A stretch of 64,000 nt of DNA from Hyphomicrobiales bacterium (GTDB taxonomy: Bacteria > Pseudomonadota > Alphaproteobacteria > Rhizobiales > OSC116), in contig NVUH01000005.1 of NCBI GenBank assembly GCA_002401855.1, positions 69,969 to 133,968 of the forward strand, read 5' to 3'. The translations under genes were made by a program, and so were the position numbers. Position 1 is the stretch's first letter; each line of letters starts with the position of its first letter. The notes beneath the pieces were generated by a model that made no database searches, was not told the DNA's origin, and was given only the letters and a program-made list of their open reading frames with translations. Shown piece after piece: positions 10,595 to 19,134 of the stretch.

Positions 10595-10830
10595 TCTTTC
10601 ATAAAATCTACCAAAGGTATGAACATATTAAACCAAAATTCAAGTGATTTATGGCCAATATATGTTGATTTAGGTAAAATTATTTGGGTTATGCCATTTG
10701 CGGGCTGTTTTGATTTGCTTTCTAGTTTAAAAAATGTTTAATCTAGCAAAAAATAACCCATTGTTAGATATTGATTAAAGTCTTTAATATATACCAGAAT
10801 CTAACAAATTAATATGGTAAGGCGCGCCGC

Positions 10831-11421
10831 ATGAATTCTACCCAACTCACCAAAATTGCAGCAGCAGTTGTTATGTCTTTATTGGCACTGATTGTGATCG
10901 GTAAATTCACTAGCTTTTTATACGCCCCACATACACCTGAAAAGCCTGGCTTTGAAGTGGCGATTGAAGAAGCAGAACATAGCGGCGCAGCTGAAGAAGC
11001 CGCTCCCGTGGTTAATTTAGCAGCATTGATGCTAACTGCTGATGTGGCCAAAGGCGAAACAGTCGCTAAAAAATGTGCCTCATGTCATACATTTGAAAAT
11101 GGCGGTAAAAACGGCGCTGGCCCGAACCTGTTTGACATTCTAAACCGCGAAATTGCCAGCACAGACGGCTTTAAATATTCTGGCGCATTTGGCGACAAAA
11201 AAGCCGAAGGCCTCGCATGGGGTTATGAAGAATTGTTCGAATTCATCAAAAAGCCAAAAGCCTTCATCAAAGGCACAGCCATGGGCTTTGGCGGCATCAA
11301 AAGAGACAGCCAACGCGCCGATCTAATCGCCTATCTACGTAGCCTCAGCGCTTCACCAGCCGATTTACCTGCATTAGCCGCAATCGAAGCAGAAACTGCA
11401 CCAGCTGCCGAAGCTGAATAG
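10831..11421 (+). CDS. Membrane-anchored class I cytochrome c (CycM-like)
   Basis: N-terminal TM helix, acidic linker, heme-binding CASCH, GPNLFDI, distal Met region KGTAMGFGG. Confidence 0.85.
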   Translation: MNSTQLTKIAAAVVMSLLALIVIGKFTSFLYAPHTPEKPGFEVAIEEAEHSGAAEEAAPVVNLAALMLTADVAKGETVAKKCASCHTFENGGKNGAGPNLFDILNREIASTDGFKYSGAFGDKKAEGLAWGYEELFEFIKKPKAFIKGTAMGFGGIKRDSQRADLIAYLRSLSASPADLPALAAIEAETAPAAEAE

Positions 11422-11499
11422 ATCAAATTAATGAATTTGAAAATTTTTAATGGTGCTGATATTAATTTATCAACGCCATTTTTATTATGAATATACAAT

Positions 11500-11635
11500 A
11501 TGGCACCTAGTTTACGGCATAGCGGCAAACTCGCGAAAGCTTTAGATGATGAAGCCAATTGGGGTGCCGAATTAGCACAATTAAGGCGGCTGAGTGGCTT
11601 AGCAAGCGATGCGGAGCATCGCGCACGCAGTGGCC
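11500..11635 (-). repeat. Repeat-family locus J (half element, inverted orientation)
   Basis: Contains GGGGTGCCGAATT and GCGGCTGAGTGGCTTAGC plus a degenerate core GATGCGGAGCATCGCGCACGCAGTG. These match the reverse complement of the left half of loci C, E and F. Confidence 0.8.
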
Positions 11636-11643
11636 AATATAAA

Positions 11644-12630
11644 GTGGCCCAATATAGAAAGAACAACACGATCAGCATTCTCATCGCATCATTAAAACAG
11701 TCCAACATCAGCTGGTATAACGGCTTCAAAGCCATAGCCCCCAAAGTCGGCATAGACCCCAATGAAATCGAATATTGGCCACATGTTGCCGACCCAAGCA
11801 AAGTCGAATATTTAGCCGTGTGGAAACCGCCATATGACATATGCGCCCAACTGCCCAATGTGAAAGTAATCTTTAACCTCGGCGCCGGCGTCGACCATTT
11901 ACTACTAGATGACAGCCTGCCGCCAAACATCCCGATTGTACGGGTGGTTGATGACAATTTAACCCGCCGTATGGGAGAATATGTTTTACTGCAAGTGCTT
12001 TATCACCTGCGTGAAATGCCAAAATTACGTGTGGCACAAGCCGCACATGAATGGCCAGAGCAATATGACCCCGATGCTGTCGATGTCAGTGTTGGCATTA
12101 TGGGCTTGGGCGAAATTGGCGGCCATTGCGCAGCACTTGTGCAGCAAATGGGGTTTAAAACCTTGGGTTGGAGCAATAGCGTTAAAAATATTACGGGCGT
12201 TAAATCTTATGCTGGTCTTGACCAATTGGATGAGTTTTTGGCTGAAACCGAGATTTTGATCAACATATTACCACATACTGATGCCACCAATAAATTGGTA
12301 GATTACCAACTATTGCAAAAACTAAAATCTGATGGCGGCTTGCAAGGCGCTACCTATGTTGCGGCAGGGCGCGGTAAAACTCATGTCGAAACTGATATTG
12401 TGCAGGCGCTTAAAGATGGTTGCCTGAAATCCGCCTCGATGGATGTGTTTGAGCAAGAGCCCCTTGCCGCCGATAGCCCCTTATGGGATTTGCCTAACGT
12501 GGTCATCACCCCGCATAATGCTGCCACTTCTGACCGACAAACAGTCAGCGAGCAAATATTGACGCAAATTGCCAACCATAGAAATGGTTTGCCCTTACAA
12601 AATATAGTGGATTTAACCAAAGGCTATTGA
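11644..12630 (+). CDS. D-isomer-specific 2-hydroxyacid dehydrogenase (glyoxylate/hydroxypyruvate reductase A-like)
   Basis: ORF 11500..12630. NAD fold GIMGLGEIGG, catalytic-domain motifs, ITPHNAA. The first 48 codons of the track ORF are repeat sequence, so GTG 11644 is the proposed start (uncertain). Confidence 0.75.
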   Translation: MAQYRKNNTISILIASLKQSNISWYNGFKAIAPKVGIDPNEIEYWPHVADPSKVEYLAVWKPPYDICAQLPNVKVIFNLGAGVDHLLLDDSLPPNIPIVRVVDDNLTRRMGEYVLLQVLYHLREMPKLRVAQAAHEWPEQYDPDAVDVSVGIMGLGEIGGHCAALVQQMGFKTLGWSNSVKNITGVKSYAGLDQLDEFLAETEILINILPHTDATNKLVDYQLLQKLKSDGGLQGATYVAAGRGKTHVETDIVQALKDGCLKSASMDVFEQEPLAADSPLWDLPNVVITPHNAATSDRQTVSEQILTQIANHRNGLPLQNIVDLTKGY

Positions 12631-12637
12631 ATTATAT

Positions 12638-12985
12638 CTAGTTTTTGGCGCTACGGATGATTAAATCTCCGTAATTTTCGACATATAATGCGCCCGCTAC
12701 AGTGCGCTGCACCAATACATTGCGTTTGTCATTTTGATCGCGCTTGCGGGCCAAAAGGTCGAGCTGGCTCATCGCGTCTAAGGCGCGGGTGATGACCGGT
12801 TTGGTGACACTCAATTTAGCAGCTAAGCCGCGCACTGTGTGCGGGCCAACCTCTAGATAAACCGTGAATAGGATGGCAAATTGGCGCATAGACAAATCAT
12901 GAGCGCCTTGGCTAACCTGATTCATAATCACATCATGCCATAATTCCAGCGCATCTCTATTACTCATTTCAGCCATATCACTCAC
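12638..12985 (-). CDS. MarR-family transcriptional regulator
   Basis: 115 aa. Winged-helix region LSMRQFAILFTVYLEVGPHTVRGLAAKLSVTKPVITRALD...RKRDQNDKRN. Confidence 0.8.
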   Translation of the reverse strand: MSDMAEMSNRDALELWHDVIMNQVSQGAHDLSMRQFAILFTVYLEVGPHTVRGLAAKLSVTKPVITRALDAMSQLDLLARKRDQNDKRNVLVQRTVAGALYVENYGDLIIRSAKN

Positions 12986-13100
12986 TCCAAACCAGACAAA
13001 AATCGTTTCGCAGCCGTATTATCACTTAAAATAATTGGGAACACAAGCAAGTTCTACTACCCAATTGATCTAAAACATGGCTCTTTGGGATGTAAAATGC

Positions 13101-13120
13101 GCCCCCTGCAAGCAGGGGGC
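13101..13120 (-). terminator. GC-rich hairpin downstream of the GntR gene
   Basis: GCCCCCTGC-AAG-CAGGGGGC perfect 8-9 bp stem. The T-run on the minus strand is weak (ATTTT). Confidence 0.5.
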
Positions 13121-13146
13121 ACCGTCGGTTGTTGGGTAAAATACGT

Positions 13147-13902
13147 TTAGGCAATGGCCGAAATCGGCAGGATATGACTGGTTTCAAAACCAATATTCAC
13201 CCGATTGCTGACATAATAGCGTTTAAAGCTCAGCACCACATTGCCATCGCCGCCATATTCAACTGAATGAACATAATTGGTTTCAGCCACCAATAGCGGA
13301 ATGGTGTGTTTGATGCCCAGCAAGTTTTTAAATTCATATTCTGGCAGCCCTGCTGAAACTTGTGTCGGTTGCGGTATGAATAAATGCTCATTTTGCCGTG
13401 CACTTTCTTCTAAGCTTATTGGGGTTAAAACATTGGTGCCTTTAAAGTAAATCAACATATTAGATTGAATCTCACAGCTATAAAGCGCAATCGGCTCATC
13501 GTCATTTTGAATTAGCGATTTTATCCGCCAAATTTTATCCGCCTCGTTTAGGTAAAGAATATTCTCACTCTTTACATCAGGAATGATCAATTCAGATGAG
13601 ACTAGTTTTTCCTCTAGTTTTGAAAAATCGATGAAATTTTGTTGCTTCTGACTGTTGTCGTTAATATTGATGCATGATGGCTTGTCCAATATATAAGTAC
13701 CACGGCCTTGTTCAACAGAAATAAGTCCTATATTCTGTAGATATAACAAAGCTTGTCGCGCCGTGTTTCGGTTCACCTCAAACTGTTTTGCCAGTCGGTT
13801 TAATGAAGGTAATTTACTACTGGCTTTGTAAATTCCAGCTTCGATATCTGCACGTAATGTGTTGGATATTGTAAGCCACATGGGTTGGTTAGTTTTCCGC
13901 AT
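13147..13902 (-). CDS. GntR-family regulator with UTRA-like effector domain (HutC subfamily-like)
   Basis: N-terminal KLPSLNRLAKQFEVNRNTARQALLYLQNIGLISVEQGRGTYI. ~170-aa C-terminal domain. The gene is visibly AT-rich. Confidence 0.8.
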   Translation of the reverse strand: MRKTNQPMWLTISNTLRADIEAGIYKASSKLPSLNRLAKQFEVNRNTARQALLYLQNIGLISVEQGRGTYILDKPSCININDNSQKQQNFIDFSKLEEKLVSSELIIPDVKSENILYLNEADKIWRIKSLIQNDDEPIALYSCEIQSNMLIYFKGTNVLTPISLEESARQNEHLFIPQPTQVSAGLPEYEFKNLLGIKHTIPLLVAETNYVHSVEYGGDGNVVLSFKRYYVSNRVNIGFETSHILPISAIA

Positions 13903-14207
13903 TTATTATCCTCTCTTCTTCTCTTCGCAAGGAAAAGTATGCATAAAGGTGAAAGTAATACAACTTTAAGGTGAGTTATAGTTCAAAACAACTAGATGTA
14001 TGTTGTGAAAGATCAGACCATAATTCAATGAAAACACAAACAACCGAATGAAATTACTAAGGAAAATAAATCAAAAAAATAAAATTACTTTTTGTTAATA
14101 ACTTCAGAATCTATAGTGAGTTAGTAAATTTTAACTATAAAAAAACAAAGACTTTGGTTGAAAGATGAAGTTTTAATAATGATTCGCCATCATCCTGAAT
14201 TTTTCAC

Positions 14208-14813
14208 CTAACTACATTTCGAGAGCTTATTGCCAGATTTATCGATTAATATGACAGTGGCCGAAGCGCGTGGGATGGCAATCATATTGTCTTCATATAC
14301 TGTCGGCCCACCGATATAATTTTTAAATAGTGAGTCATAGGTGAATTTAATATTCACAAAAATCACATCTTGGTTGGGTGGAAATTTTTTATTCCCAGCA
14401 TTTGTATACTCTTTACATTTGCCGTTGCCGCCCAAGGAGATTTTGCTGGTACTAGGGCTTTGCTTATGTTCCCAGATTAATTTAGGGGTTTTTATATCGT
14501 CAGCTTGACGTATGCTGGTAATTGTATAGGTCATTTCTTCGCTGTCTAACGGCTGCATTAAGCTTTTGGCGAGTGGGTTAAGCGCCTTAAGTTGCTCTTC
14601 GGTTATGCTGCGAGATTGTGCCACAATATCCGCAAGGCTGGCAGTAACTTTAGCGATCTTACGCACTGCGCTAAAATGACCATACAATTCTACGCAGGCA
14701 AACAAAATCAGAATAAGCAGAGGAAAGATAAGAGCAAATTCAATCGCTGCAACGCCAGATTTATTTGCAAAAAATCTCTTCAGATTTTGGGGTGAACGTG
14801 ATGTTTTACGCAT
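14208..14813 (-). CDS. TadE/TadG-like (Flp pilus pseudopilin-like) protein
   Basis: Track ORF 14208..15086 overlaps the upstream gene. Start moved to ATG 14813 (MRKTSRS...). TadE N-terminal signature GVAAIEFALIFPLLILILFACVE. Confidence 0.7.
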   Translation of the reverse strand: MRKTSRSPQNLKRFFANKSGVAAIEFALIFPLLILILFACVELYGHFSAVRKIAKVTASLADIVAQSRSITEEQLKALNPLAKSLMQPLDSEEMTYTITSIRQADDIKTPKLIWEHKQSPSTSKISLGGNGKCKEYTNAGNKKFPPNQDVIFVNIKFTYDSLFKNYIGGPTVYEDNMIAIPRASATVILIDKSGNKLSKCS

Positions 14814-14832
14814 TTTAAGCAATCCTAAAGCT

Positions 14833-15363
14833 TCAGCCGAACGGCTCATTTTTAAAGGCCACAATATGCACTTGTAAATACTTATTATCGCCATAATTTG
14901 AAAATTTAACAACTTCGCCAAATGGATTGATGATGTCATAAACATATGTTGTGCGCACCACGATGATCGAATCACTGTCGCCAATTTTAAACATAGAATT
15001 ATCTTGTAATTTGCCATCTTCATCAAACAGATCGGGCATTTTACTTGCACCATCGGCAAAACTATCAAAATCACCGACCACGACACTCAGGTTATCACAG
15101 TCGATCAGCCCATAAGCATTATCGCATATTATGTTTCTAAATTCTTCTTCGCTCGTCCCGCCTTTCTTACTTTGGCCTGTGCGAATGAGCCTGCTGGCGT
15201 TGGACAGTGCGGATTCCAAAGCCAAGTCACTTAAAAATACATAACCAACCTCAAAAATTGCAAAAACCACAACCAGAAAAAGTGGCGCGACCATAGCGAA
15301 TTCGATGGCGCTACCGGCTTTCGTGCAAGTTAGAAACTCGCGACATTTAGCGTATATTGACAT
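14833..15363 (-). CDS. TadE-like protein
   Basis: 176 aa. GSAIEFAMVAPLFLVVVFAIFEVGY TadE N-terminal motif. Lies 19 nt upstream of the next TadE-like gene. Confidence 0.7.
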   Translation of the reverse strand: MSIYAKCREFLTCTKAGSAIEFAMVAPLFLVVVFAIFEVGYVFLSDLALESALSNASRLIRTGQSKKGGTSEEEFRNIICDNAYGLIDCDNLSVVVGDFDSFADGASKMPDLFDEDGKLQDNSMFKIGDSDSIIVVRTTYVYDIINPFGEVVKFSNYGDNKYLQVHIVAFKNEPFG

Positions 15364-15494
15364 TTTTCCTCAAAACCAAAATGGGCTATTAGCCCCAAAA
15401 TAACGGGCTATCTGCCCCAATATATTGGATCAAATATACAATGAGAGTCTTAATATCCAATAAAGCCCGACAGCTGTTCTAGTTATAATTTAGT

Positions 15495-16811
15495 TTAAGC
15501 GTCATTAACATTGTCTTGTTGTAAATATTGGTCTATCGAGCCATCAAATTCAGGGTTTGGGGTTTCACTCTGCGCATTAATCTGCGGGTCTGGTACGTCC
15601 TCTGCCAGCTCCAAACTATCAATCCGCTGGCCTTTCTTAAAGATTTTGGTGGTCGAGGTTTGAATGGCCACCACATCTTTTTCAATCATTGCAAAATGTT
15701 TGGATAGGTTGGCCACTCTTGTATCCAACCGCCGCATGTCATCCATCATATTGGCCACTTCATTCTGAATTAAATGCGCTTGCTCTCGCATTTTGGCGTC
15801 TTTTAATATCGATTGAATGGTCTGGATGGCCAACATCAACATATTTGGTGAGGCGATAAACACCCGTTTGCGATGGCTTTCCTGAATCAAATCATCGAAA
15901 TTCTCATGAATTTCGACAAATATATATTCGCTCGGCACAAACATAATGGCATTGTCTTGTGTTTCGCCGGGGATAAAATATTTGTCCGCAATGTCTTGAA
16001 TGTGTTTTTTAACGCTGATCCGAACTTGGGCTTTGGCAGTTTTGGCTTCTTGCTCATTACGTGCCTCTTGCCAAGCCCGAAACCCTTCGAGCGGGAATTT
16101 GGCATCAACCACAATCGATGCCGATTGATTGGGCAGATGAATCAGGCAATCAGGCCGTTTGCCATTGCTTAATGTCGCCTGAAAATCATAAGCATTGCGC
16201 GGCAAACCATCGGCAATGATGGCTTCCATCTGGCCTTGACCAAACGCACCCCTTGCTTGCTTGTTGCGTAAAATATTTTGCAAATCAACCACATGTGAGG
16301 ATAAATCGGTGATATTTTTTTGCGCATTGTCGATCAATGACAAGCGTGAATTAATGTGAGTGAGGCTTTCAAAAGTGGTTTTTTGGTTTTGGGTCAGGCT
16401 TTGCCCAACTTTATGGCCCAAATTATCCATTCTTTCATTCAACACGCGTGCCAAGCCCGATTGTTGATTGGCTTGAACATCGCCTAAATTTTTAATTTTG
16501 CCCGACAATTCAGCATTGGCCTTGATCAAATCCAGCATGCGGTGTTCGAGTTGTTGATTTTTGTTTTTTTCGGCCTCGAATCGGCTGACATCATTTTCAT
16601 ACCGGTTACGTTCGGCCTCTAGCTGAAATTTTGCCGCGGTTTTTTGGCTGCGGCTAAAACTAAAAATCGCAAACACAATCAACAATGCCAGTAAAGCCAA
16701 GCCGAGCAGGGTATAAAATTCATAAGTTGATAACATCATAGTGCCAAAGCTGGATGATGGGTCTTGAAGCATATAGAGATTCCGATCAGTGATTTGAATC
16801 TTACTTACCAC
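15495..16811 (-). CDS. rmuC: DNA recombination protein RmuC
   Basis: N-terminal TM helix, long coiled-coil, C-terminal RmuC nuclease-like domain (RPDCLIHLP...VVDAKFPL...FVPSE). The start may be an internal Met. Confidence 0.85.
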   Translation of the reverse strand: MVSKIQITDRNLYMLQDPSSSFGTMMLSTYEFYTLLGLALLALLIVFAIFSFSRSQKTAAKFQLEAERNRYENDVSRFEAEKNKNQQLEHRMLDLIKANAELSGKIKNLGDVQANQQSGLARVLNERMDNLGHKVGQSLTQNQKTTFESLTHINSRLSLIDNAQKNITDLSSHVVDLQNILRNKQARGAFGQGQMEAIIADGLPRNAYDFQATLSNGKRPDCLIHLPNQSASIVVDAKFPLEGFRAWQEARNEQEAKTAKAQVRISVKKHIQDIADKYFIPGETQDNAIMFVPSEYIFVEIHENFDDLIQESHRKRVFIASPNMLMLAIQTIQSILKDAKMREQAHLIQNEVANMMDDMRRLDTRVANLSKHFAMIEKDVVAIQTSTTKIFKKGQRIDSLELAEDVPDPQINAQSETPNPEFDGSIDQYLQQDNVNDA

Positions 16812-16906
16812 AAAAAAGAGAACATAACCAGTACATTTATACTTAAAAGTTGACGAATTGCCATCAATTGCTTATTGAAACCTAATAAGAGTAAAAAGAG
16901 AAAAAA

Positions 16907-17425
16907 ATGACTATATTGCCAATTATAAAGCATGCCAACGAAATATTGCGCGTCACCTGTGAGCCAATTGCCGCAGTGACCGATCAAGTGCGCGCCTTTA
17001 TGGATAATATGCTCGACACTATGTATGACGCACCAGGCATAGGCCTTGCTGCCCCCCAAGTCGGCGATATGCGCCGCATTGTGGTATTAGATTGCATAAG
17101 AGATGCCGAAGAAGATGAAAAACAACCCATGTATTTTGCCAATCCAGAAATCACCTGGGTGAGTGAAGAATTGGCCGAATATGAAGAAGGCTGCTTATCA
17201 ATTCCCGGCATATATGAAAATGTAACCCGCCCTGCCGAATGTAAAGTCAGCTTTTTAAATTACGATGGTGATTTAGCCGAAATGCATTGCGCAGGCCTAC
17301 TGGCAACCTGCATTCAACACGAAGTCGATCACCTAAACGGCGTATTATTCATCGATCACATCTCCCGTCTAAAACGCGGCATCGCCATGAAAAAATATAA
17401 AAAACAACAAGCCGAAACCATGTAA
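16907..17425 (+). CDS. def: Peptide deformylase
   Basis: GIGLAAPQVG, EGCLSIPG and QHEVDHLNG motifs. 172 aa. Confidence 0.95.
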   Translation: MTILPIIKHANEILRVTCEPIAAVTDQVRAFMDNMLDTMYDAPGIGLAAPQVGDMRRIVVLDCIRDAEEDEKQPMYFANPEITWVSEELAEYEEGCLSIPGIYENVTRPAECKVSFLNYDGDLAEMHCAGLLATCIQHEVDHLNGVLFIDHISRLKRGIAMKKYKKQQAETM

Positions 17426-17444
17426 GCTACAAAGAGTTAAAATA

Positions 17445-17580
17445 AAGCACCACAATTCGGCACTTCTGGAGATCTCCTCTGAACCCGAAGGGTGAAGCAA
17501 GGCCAAGCGGCCGTCGCCGTTAGGCGCAGCAAGCAAACGGAGTTTGCGCACGCAGTGCTAAGCATAAGTGCAGAATTTCG
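17445..17580 (+). repeat. Repeat-family locus B (shortened right-half element) inside the def-fmt spacer
   Basis: AATTCGGCAC, ACCC-GAA-GGGT, GGCC-AAGC-GGCC, GTCGCCGTTAGGCG and a degenerate core ...GCGCACGCAGTGCTA match the right half of loci C, E and F. Also contains the palindrome GGAGATCTCC (17467-17476). Confidence 0.85.
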
Positions 17581-17599
17581 CAACGAAGTGGAGAAAGTT

Positions 17600-18526
17600 T
17601 TGCGTATTATTTTTATGGGCACGCCCGAAATATCAGTCAATACCTTAGGCGAGCTAATATCACAAGGCCACGACATTGTGGCGGTATACAGCCAACCACC
17701 ACGCCCAGCTGGTCGCGGCAAGAGCCTACGCAAAACCCCCGTGCATCAATTTGCCGAAGATATGGGGCTAGAAGTTTACACCCCGCTAAATTTTAAAGCC
17801 CAAGCCGACATTGATATCTTTGCCGCCCATCAGGCCGAAGTCGCCGTGGTCGTGGCATACGGCTTGCTACTGCCCAAAGCCATCCTAGATGCACCAGAGC
17901 ATGGCTGTCTAAACCTACACGCCTCACTATTGCCAAGGTGGCGTGGTGCAGCACCCATTCAACGCGCCATCATGGCAGGCGATGCCAAATCAGGCATGAT
18001 GGTGATGCAAATGGATGAAGGCTTAGACACTGGCGACATCTGCTTGGTAGATATGATACCCATCACCCCAAATATGACGGCAGGTGAGCTACACGACTTA
18101 ATGGCACCTTTAGGCGCAAACCTAATGGCACGCGCCATTTCGGCACTAGAATGGGGCGGCCACAGCGAAACCCCGCAGGCTGACGAGGGCGCAACCTACG
18201 CCAAAAAAATTGACAAAGCCGAAGCCAAAATCGACTGGTCATCAGACGCACAAAACTTGCACAACCACATACGCGGCCTATCACCATTCCCAGGCGCATG
18301 GTGTGAATTTGAAAAAGACGGCAAAACCACCCGAATTAAAATTCTAGGCACAGAAATGACGGATGGCAACGGAACAGCAGGTGAATTGCTAGATGATGAA
18401 CTAACCGTAGCCTGCGGTTCAGGCGCGCTACGCATAACCCGCTTGCAGCGCTCTGGCAAAGGCGTTAGCAGCATGGCCGATTTCCAACGCGGGTACTTTA
18501 TTGCCAAAGGTGAGCGGTTTATTTGA
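17600..18526 (+). CDS. fmt: Methionyl-tRNA formyltransferase
   Basis: Track ORF 17492..18526 begins in repeat sequence. TTG 17600 after GGAGAA gives the canonical (M)[13 protein letters not shown]-terminus. Also [15 protein letters not shown]. Confidence 0.9.
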   Translation: MRIIFMGTPEISVNTLGELISQGHDIVAVYSQPPRPAGRGKSLRKTPVHQFAEDMGLEVYTPLNFKAQADIDIFAAHQAEVAVVVAYGLLLPKAILDAPEHGCLNLHASLLPRWRGAAPIQRAIMAGDAKSGMMVMQMDEGLDTGDICLVDMIPITPNMTAGELHDLMAPLGANLMARAISALEWGGHSETPQADEGATYAKKIDKAEAKIDWSSDAQNLHNHIRGLSPFPGAWCEFEKDGKTTRIKILGTEMTDGNGTAGELLDDELTVACGSGALRITRLQRSGKGVSSMADFQRGYFIAKGERFI

Positions 18527-18544
18527 TGTTTCGGCGACAGAAAA

Positions 18545-19130
18545 ACCCACTAACTGTTTTTTTGCGGCCTATACGGGGAAGCATCCTGCCAGCGCTCTGG
18601 AAGTTTGCATTTTTGTTTGGCACTGCGTGCGTTCGCTCCGCTCTCTAGCTAAGCCACTCAGCCGCTGGTCGGAGGCAAATTCGGCACCCCAATCAACTAC
18701 ATTACGCTTAGTGAGCTAGAGTTTGGAGAAGCTCCGAGTATAGGTGCTATATAATTTACTCATTGTGCTTTTCATGGAAAAAGAGTCCGAAGCCTTTGGC
18801 TGAGGCAAGCGCGACCGCGCGTCGCCGTTAGGCGTGGCAAGAGAGCGGAGCGAACGCACGCTAGTGCTAACAGAGAGGCGAAGCCGAATGAAAAAATGAG
18901 ACTTCCAGAGCTTAGGCAGGAGCGCTACCCGGTATAGGCTGTAAAAAGACAGTTGGCTGGTAGTTGAGGCTCTGGAAGTCTGCTCTTATTTCGTTCGCGG
19001 CTATTCTTCGCTTTGCTCAGGCCTACACGGGTGCGCCACATAAGTGGCGGCCTCCAGTTCGGCTGGCTCTAAAAACACATGAGTTTTTAGAGCAAGAGGT
19101 GTACTGAAAGGTTGCGGCTGGGGTGCCGAG
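18545..19130 (+). repeat. Repeat-family locus C (full mosaic element plus extra modules) between fmt and ftsK
   Basis: Junction CTCTGGAAGTTTGCA 18595-18609. Core GCACTGCGTGCGTTCGCTCCGCTCTC 18620-18645. Inverted core 18841-18867. Inverted junction 18897-18910. Second junction 18970-18983. Extra hairpin CTCTAAAAAC/GTTTTTAGAG 19067-19092. Confidence 0.95.
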
Positions 19131-19134
19131 TTTC

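Noticed and set aside
14814-15086. N-terminal 91 codons of track ORF 14208..15086; similar long N-terminal extensions at 1703-1771, 3440-3466, 23781-23822, 24933-24959, 34194-34253, 40702-40737, 52835-52867, 57223-57288 and 57793-57870
   Set aside because: The extensions overlap neighbouring genes or leader sequence, lack homology-like sequence and lack RBSs. Internal starts give canonical N-termini (e.g. MPELPEVE for Fpg, signal peptides, the DUF1127 MALFT start).
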